Assembly: GCF_009914755.1 (NCBI RefSeq)
Contig: NC_060933.1
From: the human T2T-CHM13v2.0 reference genome, Homo sapiens
Length of the DNA stretch: 64,000 nucleotides
Direction: 5' to 3' (one strand)
A model generated the notes under the pieces. The model was not told the DNA's origin. It did no database searches and worked only from the letters and a program-made list of their open reading frames with translations. Made by a program: the position numbers and the translations under genes. This document shows, one piece after another, positions 55,601 to 64,000 of this stretch; the first letter of the stretch is position 1, and each line of letters opens with the position of its first letter.

Positions 55601-57867
55601 GGAATGGAATGGAATGCAGTGGAATGGAATCAAACCTAGTGCAATGGAAAGGAATGGAATGGAATGGAATGGAATGGAATGGATTCAACCCAAATGGAAT
55701 GGAAAGCAATGGAATCAACGTGAGTGGAATGGCATGGAATGGAATGGAACGGAATGGAATGGAATGGAATGCAAAGGTACGGAATAGAATGGAATGGAAC
55801 GAAATGGAATGGAATGGAATGGAATGGAACGGAAAGGAATGGAATCAACTCGATTGCAATGGAATGCACTGGAATGGAATGGAATGCAATTAAAGCGAAT
55901 AGAATGGAATGGAATGGAATGGAACGGAATGGAATGGAATGGAATGGAATCGAATCGAATGGAATCAACCTGAGTGCAGGGGAATGGAATGGAATGGAAT
56001 GCAATGGAATGTAATGGAATGGAATGCAATGGAAACAACTCGATTACAATGGAATGGAATGGAATGGAATGGAAGGGAAAGGAATGGAATGGAATTAACC
56101 TGAACAGAATGGAATGGAATGGAATGGAACGGAATGGAATGGAATGGATTCAACCCGAATGGAATGGAAAGGAATGGAATAAACACGAGTGGAATGGCAT
56201 GGAATGGAATGGAATGGAATGGAATGGTACGGAATAGAATGGAATGGAACGAAATGGAATGGAATGGAATGGAATGGAATGGAATGCAATCAACCTGAGT
56301 GCAATGGAATGGAATGGAATGGAATGGAACGGAAAGGAAACAACCCGAATGGAATGGAATGTAATGGAGTGTAAGGAATTGAATACAATCAATCCGAATG
56401 TAATGGAATGGAATGGAACGGAATGGAATGGAATGGAATGCAGTGGAATGGAATCAAACCTAGTGCAATGGAATGGAATGGAATGGAATGGAATGCAATG
56501 GAATGGATTGGATTCAACCCAAATGGAATGGAAATCAATAGAATCAACCCGAGTGGAATGGCATGGCATGGAATGGAATGGAATGGAATGGTACGGAATA
56601 GAATGGAATGGATCGAAATGGAATGGAATGGAATGGAATGGAACGGAATGGAATGGAATCAACTCGATTGCAATGGAATGTAATGGAATGGAATGGAATG
56701 GAATGGAATTAACGCGAATAGAATGGAATGGAATGGAATGGAAAGGAATGGGATGGAATGGAATCAATCTGAGTGCAGGGGAATGGAATGGAATGGAATG
56801 CAATGGAATGGAATCATCCGGAATGGAATGGAATGGAATGGAATGGAATGGAATTAACCCGAATAGAATGGAATGGAATGGAATGGAATGGAATGGAATG
56901 GAATGGAATGGAATCAACTCGATTTCAATGGAATGGAATGGAATGGAATGGAATGGAATGGAATGGAATAGAATGGAATCCACCCGACTGCAGGGGAATG
57001 GAATGGAATAGAATGCAATGGAATGGAATCATACGGAATGGAATGGAATGGAATGGAATGGAATGGAATGGAATGGAAACAACCCGAATGGAATGGAAAG
57101 TGATGGAGTGTAAGGGAATTGAATAGAATCAATCCGAATGCAGTGGAATTGAATGGAACGGAATGGAATGGAATGGAATGGAATGGAATGGAATGGAATG
57201 CAATGGAATGGGATCAACCCGAGTGCAATGGAATGGAATCGAAAGGAATGGAATGGAATGGAAAGGCTTCACCCCGAATGGAATGGAAAGGAATGGAATC
57301 AACCCGAGTGGAATGGAATGGAATGGAATGGAATGAAATGGAATGGAATGGTATGCAATGGAATGGAACGGAATGGAATGGAATGGAATTGAATGGAATC
57401 AACCCGGGTGCAGGGGAATGCAATTGAATGGAAGGCAATGGAATGCAATCATCCGGAATGGAATGGAATGGAATGGAATGGAATGGAATGCTTTCAACCC
57501 GAATGGAATGGAATGGAATGGAATCAACCCGAGTGGAATGGCATGGAATGGAATGGAATGGAATGGAATGGAATGGAATGGAATGGAATGGTATGGAATA
57601 GAATGGAATGGAACGAAATGGAAAGGAAGGGAATGGAATGGAATGGATTGGAATCAACCCGACTGCAATGGAATGGAGTGGAATGGAATGGAATGGAATG
57701 GAAACAACCCGAATGGAATGGAATGTAATGGAGTGTAAGGGAATTGAATACAATCAATACGAATGTAATGGAATGGAATGGAACGGAATGGAATGGAATG
57801 GAATGGAATGGAATGCAGTGGAATGGAATCAATCCTAGTGCAATGGAATGGAATGCAATGGAATGGA
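46690..57867 (-). repeat. Young tandem duplication, two ~5.59 kb units (junction ~52,265-52,310)
   Basis: Near-identical along its length, with offsets 5,583/5,588/5,593/5,598. Unique markers are gcaggtgaatgg..tgtgatgg (46919/52502), ccctactaga, ggaaaggcttcacccc and tcaatcctag. Confidence 0.93.
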
Positions 57868-59679
57868 AGGAATGGAATGGAATGGAATGGAATGGAATGG
57901 ATTCAACCCAAATGGAATGGAAAGCAATGGAATCAACCCGAGTGGAATGGCATGGAACGGAATGGAATGGAATGGTATGGAATAGAATGGAATGGAAAGA
58001 AATGGAATGGAATGGAATGGAATGGAATGGAACGGAATGGAATGGAAAGGAATGGAATGGAATGGAATGGAATAGAATGGAATGGAACGAAATGGAATGG
58101 AATGGAACGGAATGGAATGGAATCAATCAGAGTGGAATAGAAGGGAATGCATTCGAGTAGAATGGAAAGGAATGGAATCAACCAGAGTGGAATGGAAGGG
58201 AATGGAAAGGAATGGAAACTAATAAAATAGAATCAACACGAGTGGAATGGAATGGAAAGGACTTGAATGGAATGGAATGGAATGGAATGGAATCAACTCG
58301 ATTGCAATGGAATGTAATGGAATGGAATTGAATGGAATTAATGTGAATAGAATGGATTGGAATGGAATGGAACGGAATGGAATGGAATGGAATGGAATGG
58401 AATCAAACTTAGTGCAGGGGAATGGAATGGAATGGAATGGAATGGAATAGAATGGAATGGAATGGAAGGGAATGGAATGGAATGGAATTAACCTGAACAG
58501 AATGGAATGGAATGGAATGGAACGGAATGGAATGGAATGGAATGGAATGGAATCCACCCGAGTTCAGGGGAATGGAATGGAATGGAATGCAATGGAATGG
58601 AATCAATCAACCCGAGTGCAATAGAATGCAGTGGAATGGAATGGAATGGAATGGAAAGTACCCGAATGGAATGGAATGTAATGGAGTGTAAGGGAATTAA
58701 AAAGAATCAATACGAATGTAATTGAATGGAATGGAACGGAATAGAATGGAATGGAATGGAATGGAATGGAATGAAATGGAATGGCATGGAATGGAATGGA
58801 ATCAACCCGAGTGCAATGGAATGGAATCGAATGGAATGGAAGGCAATGGAATGGATTGAACCCGAATGGAATGGAAAGGAATGGAATAAACCCGAGTGGA
58901 ATGGCATGGAATGGAATGGAATGGAATGGAATGGTACGGAATAGAATGGAACAAAACGAAATGGAATGAAATGGAATGGAATGGAATGAACCCGTGTGCA
59001 ATGGAATGGAATGGAATGGAATGGAATGGAATGGAATGGGTTCAACTCGAAAGGAATGGAAAGGAATGGAATCAACCCGAGTGGAATGGCATGGAATGGA
59101 ATGGAATGGAATGGTATGGAATGGAATGGAATGGAATGGAATGGAATGGAATGGAATCAACCCAAGTGTAATGTAATGGAATCGAATGGAATGGAATGGA
59201 ATGGAATGGATTCAACCCAAATGGAATGGAAAGGAATGTAATCAACCCGAGTGGAATGGCATGGAATGGACTGGAATGGAATGGAATGGAATGGAATGGT
59301 ACGGAATAGAATGGAATGGAACGAAATGGAATGGAATGGAATGGAATGGAATGGAATGGAATGGAATGAACCCGTGTGCAATGGAATGGAATCGAATGGA
59401 ATGGAATGGAATGCAAAGGATACAACTCGAATGGAATGGAAAGGAATGAAATCAACCCGAGTGGAATGGCATGGACTGGAATGGAATGGAATGGCATGGA
59501 ATGGAATGGAATTGAATGGTACGGAATAGAATCGAATGGAACGAAATGGAATGGAATGGAATGGAATGGAATGGAAAGGAAACAACCTGAGTGCATGGTA
59601 ATGGAATGGAATGGAAGGCAATGGAATGGAATCATCCGGAATGGAATGGAATGGAATGGAATGGAATGGAATGGAATGG

Positions 59680-62600
59680 AATGGAATCAACTCGATTGCA
59701 ATGGAATGGAATGGAATGGAATGGAATGGAATGGAATTAACCCGGATAGAATGGAATGGAATGGAATGGAATGGAATGGAATGGAATGGTATGGAATGGA
59801 AGGGAATGGAATGTAATGGAATGGAATGGAATTAACCCGAATAGAATGGAATGGAACGGAAAGGAAGGGAATGGAATGGAATGTAATCAACTCCAGTGCA
59901 GGGGAATGCAATGGAATGGAATGAAATGGAATGGAGTCATACGGAATGGAAGGGAATGGAATGGAATCAACCAGAGTGCAATGGAATGGAGTGGAATGGA
60001 ATGGAATAGAATGGAAACAACACGAATGGAATAGAATGTAATGGAGTGTAAGGGAATTGAATATAATCAATCCGAATGTAATGGAATGGAACGGAAAGGA
60101 ATGGAATGGAATGGAATGGAATGGAATGGAATGGAATGGAATGAAATGGAATGGCATGGAATGGAATGGAATCAACCCGAGTTCAATGGAATTGAATGGA
60201 ATGGAATGCAATGGAATGGAATGGAATCAACTCGATTGCAATGGAATGGAATGGAATGGGATGGAATGGAATGGAATGGAATGGAATAGAATTAACCCTA
60301 ATAGAATGGAATGGAATGGAATGGAATGGAATAGAATGGAATGGAATGGAATAGAATGGAATGGAAGGGAATGGAATGGAATGGAATGGAATGGAATTAA
60401 ACCGAGTTCAATGGAATTGAATGGAATGGAATGGAATGGAATGGAATGGAATGGAATCAACTCGATTGCAATGGAATGGAATGGAATGGGATGGAATGGA
60501 ATGGAATGGAATGGAATGGAATTAACCCTAATAGAATGGAATGGAATGGAATGGAATGGAATAGAATGGAATGGAAGGGAATGTAATGGAATGGAATGGA
60601 ATGGAATTAACCCGAATAGAATGGAATGGAATGGAATGGAATGGAATGGAATGGAATGGAATCAACTCGATTTCAATGGAATGGAATGGCATGGAATGGA
60701 ATGCAATGGAAGGGAATGGAATGGAATGGAATGAAATTAACCCGAATAGAATGGAATGGAATGGAATGGAATGGAATGGAATGGAATGGAATAGAATGGA
60801 ATCCACCCGAGTGCAAGGGAATGGAATGGAATGGAATGCAATGGAATGGAATCATACGGAATGGAATGGAATGGAATGGAATGCAATGGAATGGAATGCA
60901 ATCACCCGATTGAAATGGAATGGATTGGAATGGAATGGAATGGAATGGAAACAACCCGAAAGGAATGGAATGTAATGGAGAGTAAGGGAATTGAATAGAA
61001 TCAATACGAATGTAAAGGAATGGAATGGAACAGAATGGAATGCAATGGAATGGAATGGAATGCAATGGAATGGGATCAACCCGAGTGAAATGGAATGGAA
61101 TCGAAAGGAATGGAATGGAATGGAATGGTTTCAACCCGAATGGAATGGAAAGGAATGGAATCAACCCGAGTGGAATGCAATGGAATGGAATGGAATGGAA
61201 TGGGTTCAACTCGAATGGAATGGAAAGGAATGGAATCAACCCGAGTGGAATGGCATGGAATGGAATGGAATGGAATGGAAGGGAATGGAATGGAATGGAA
61301 TTAACCTGAAGAGAATGGAAGGGAATGGAATGGAACGGAACGGAATGGAATGGAATGGAATGGAATGGAATGGAATGGAATGGAATGCAATGGAATGGGA
61401 TCAACCCGAGTACAGGGGAATGGAATGCAATGGAATGCAATGGAATGGAATCATCCCGAATGGAATGGAATGGAATGGAATGCAATGGAATGGAATCAAT
61501 CAACCCGAGTGCAATAGAATGCAGTGGAATGGAATGGAATGGTATGGAAACTACCAGAATGGAATAGAATGTAATGGAGTGTAAGGGAAATAAAAAAAAT
61601 CAATCCGAATGTAATGGAATTGAATGGAACGGAATGGAATGGAATGGAATGGAATGGAATGGAATGGAATTAACCCGAATAGAATGGAAAGGAATGGAAT
61701 GGAATGGAATGTAATGGAATGGAATGGAATGGAATGGAACGGAAAAGAATGGAATGGAACGAAATGGAATGGAATGAAATGGAATGGAATGGAATGGAAT
61801 GGAATGGAATGGAATGGAATCAACCCGAGTGCAGGGGAATGGAATGGAATTGAAGGCAATGGAATGGAATCATCCGGAATTTAATGGAATGGAATGGAAT
61901 CAACTCGATTGCAATGGAATGCAATGGAATGCAATGGAATGGAATGGAATGGAGTGGAATGGAATGGAATGGAATAGAATTAACACGAATAGAATGGAAT
62001 TGAATGGAATGGAATGGAATGGAAGTAAATGGAATGGAATGTAATGAACCCGAGGGCAGGGGAATGGAATGCAATGGAATGCAATGGAATGGAATGGAAT
62101 GGAATGGAATGGAGTGGAATGGAATGGAATGGAATAGAATTAACCCGAATAGAATGGAATTGAATGGAATGGAATGGAATGGAAGTAAATGGAATGGAAT
62201 GTAATGAACCCGAGGGCAGGGGAATGGAATGGAATGGAATGCAATGGAATGGAGTCATCCGGAATGGAACAGAAAGGAATGGAATGGAATCAACCCGTGT
62301 GCAATGGAATGGAAAGGAATGGAATGGAATGGAATGGAATGGAATGGAATGGATTCAACCCGAATGGAATGGAAAGGAAGGGAATCAACCCAAGTGGAAT
62401 GGCATGGAATGGAATGGAATGGAATGGAATGGAATGGTACCGAATAGAATGGAATGGAACGAAATGGAATAGAATGGAATGGAATGGTATGGAAACAACC
62501 CGAATGGAATGGAATGAAATGGAGTGTAAGGGAATTGAATACAATCAATCCGAATGTAACGGAATGGAATGGAACGGAATGGAATGGAATGGAATGGAAT

Positions 62601-62830
62601 GCAGTGGAATGGAATCAAACCTAGTGCAATGGAATGGAATGGAATGGAATGGAATGGAATGGAATGGAATGGAATGGATTCAACCCAAATGGAATGGAAA
62701 GCAATGGAATCAACCCGAGTGGAATGGCATGGAATGGAATGGAACGGAATGGAATGGAATGGAATGGAATGGAATGGAATGGAATGGAATGGTACGGAAT
62801 AGAATGGAATGGAACGAAATGGAATGGAAT
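59680..62830 (-). repeat. More diverged paralogue of 47.46-50.2 kb, with internal ~230-bp (60.17-60.6 kb) and 160-bp (61.92-62.23 kb) tandem duplications
   Basis: Same module order (ggagtcatacgg, caaccagagtgc, caacacgaatgg, gagtacagggg, ggaagtaaatgg, ggtaccga). taac(a/c)cgaatag at 61981/62141 and attaacccta at 60291/60521. Confidence 0.8.
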
Positions 62831-64000
62831 GGAATGGAATGGAATGGAATGGAACGGAAAGGAATGGAATGGATTCAACTCGAATGGAATGGAAAGGAAT
62901 GGAATCAACCCGAGTGGAATAGCATGGATTGGAATGGAAAGGAATGGAATGGAATGGTACGGAATAGAGTGGAATGGAACGAAATGGAATGGAATGGAAT
63001 GGAATGGAATGGAATGGAATGGAATGGAATGGAATGGAATCAACCCGAGTGCAGGGGAATGGAGTGGAATGGAAGGCAATGGAATGGAATCATCCGGAAT
63101 GGAATGGAATGGAATGGAATGGAATGGAATGGAATCAACCTGAGTGCAGGGGAATGGAATGCAATGGAATGCAATGGAATGGAATGGAATGGAATGCAAT
63201 GGAAACAACTCGATTGCAATGGAATGGAATGGAATGGAATGGAATGGAATGGAATGGAATGGAATGGAATGGAATTAACCTGAACAGAATGGAATGGAAT
63301 GGAATGGAATGGAACGGAATGGAATGGAATGGAATGGAATGGAATCAACCCGAGTGCAGGGGAATGGAATGGAAGGGAATGCAATGGAATGGATTCATCC
63401 GGAATGGAATGGAATGGAATGGAATGCAATGGAATGGAATCAATCAACCCGAGTGCAATGCAATGGAGTGGAATGGAATGGAATGGAACGGAAACTACCC
63501 GAATGGAATGGAATGTAATGGAGTGTAAGGGAATTGAAAAGAATCAATCCGAATGTAATGGAATGGAATGGAACGGAATGAAATGGAATGGCATGGAATG
63601 GAATGGAATCAACCCGAGTTCAATGGAATGGAATTGAACGGAATGGAATGGAAAGGAATGGATTCAACCCGAATGGAATGGAAAGGAATGGAATGGAATG
63701 GAATGGAATGGTACGGAATAGAATGGAATGGAACGAAATGGAATGGAATGGAATGGAATGGAATGGAATGGAATGGAATGAACCCGTGTGCAATGGATTG
63801 GAATGGAATGGAATGGAATGGAATGGAATGGTTTCAACTCGAATGGAATGGAAACGAATGGAATCAACCCGAGTGGAATGGCATGGAATGGAATGGAATG
63901 GAATGGAATGGAATGGAAAGGAATGGAATAGAATGAAATGGAATGGAATGGAATGGAATGGAAACAACACGAGTGCAATGTAATGGAATCGAGTGGAATG

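Larger units (their letters stand above)
23871..64000. repeat. HSat3 sequence domain B (spans the inversion)
   Basis: Characteristic motifs (CATTC orientation) are gcactaggtttgatt, tttgggttgaatcc, ttcgagttgaa, gcacacgggttc, ctgttcaggttaatt and atgccattccactcgggtttatt. The same motifs occur reverse-complemented right of 33,898. Confidence 0.8.
33898..64000 (-). repeat. HSat3 array, right arm, inverted orientation (GGAAT on + strand)
   Basis: Continuous (GGAAT)n with CAACCCGAGT / TAACCCGAAT / CAACTCGATTGC motifs from 33,898 to the window end. Confidence 0.97.

Noticed and set aside
20-63983. Hundreds of ORFs up to 394 aa (MEWNG / IPFHS repeats)
   Set aside because: (GGAAT)n has an ATG every 5 bp and no stop in any frame, so ORFs overlap in all six frames. 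There is no domain or frame preference, and duplications ignore codon phase.
1-64000. CRISPR-like or retron/DGR-like repeat-spacer array
   Set aside because: The intervening sequence is itself the pentamer repeat. There are no unique spacers, constant-length repeats, leader, cas or reverse transcriptase genes.
1-64000. HSat2, alpha satellite or telomeric repeat
   Set aside because: No dominant CATTCGATTC/ATGATG pattern, no 171-bp monomer and no TTAGGG tracts.
1-64000. Alu, L1 or LTR insertion, tRNA or rRNA
   Set aside because: No extended non-satellite stretch and no poly(A) tail. The longest A run, at ~61,592, is a variant of a satellite module.
33898-64000. Canonical G-quadruplex tracts
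   Set aside because: Mostly GG runs with isolated GGGG and no clustered G3+ tracts. (GGAAT)n is better known for G-A mismatch hairpins, a generic HSat3 property.

Overview
The whole 64 kb is primate (human-type) Satellite 3 (HSat3/SatIII) heterochromatin: diverged (CATTC)n/(GGAAT)n pentamers interspersed with the diagnostic CAACCCGA(G/A)T motif family. I see no genes, RNA genes, transposons or CRISPR arrays. Every ORF in the track is an artefact of the pentamer (MEWNG / IPFHS repeats). The array has clear internal structure: (1) a single strand-inversion breakpoint at 33,896-33,898 with 2-bp microhomology, flanked by diverged kb-scale inverted paralogues; (2) two sequence domains with different motif vocabularies, domain A (1 to ~23.9 kb) and domain B (~23.9 kb to the end, spanning the inversion); (3) twelve perfect three-unit heat-shock elements (aTTCcgGAAgaTTCc) found only in domain A; (4) nested duplications from 50 bp to a young 5.6-kb tandem pair, a 1.35-kb block flanked by direct repeats, and a domain-A island inside domain B; (5) near-unidirectional (-1) shifts of the 5-bp register. 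I cannot support a new gene-encoded system. The best candidates for novelty are regulatory or structural. All coordinates and counts were read by eye, so block edges are approximate (tens of bp). The chromosome and subfamily cannot be fixed without alignment.
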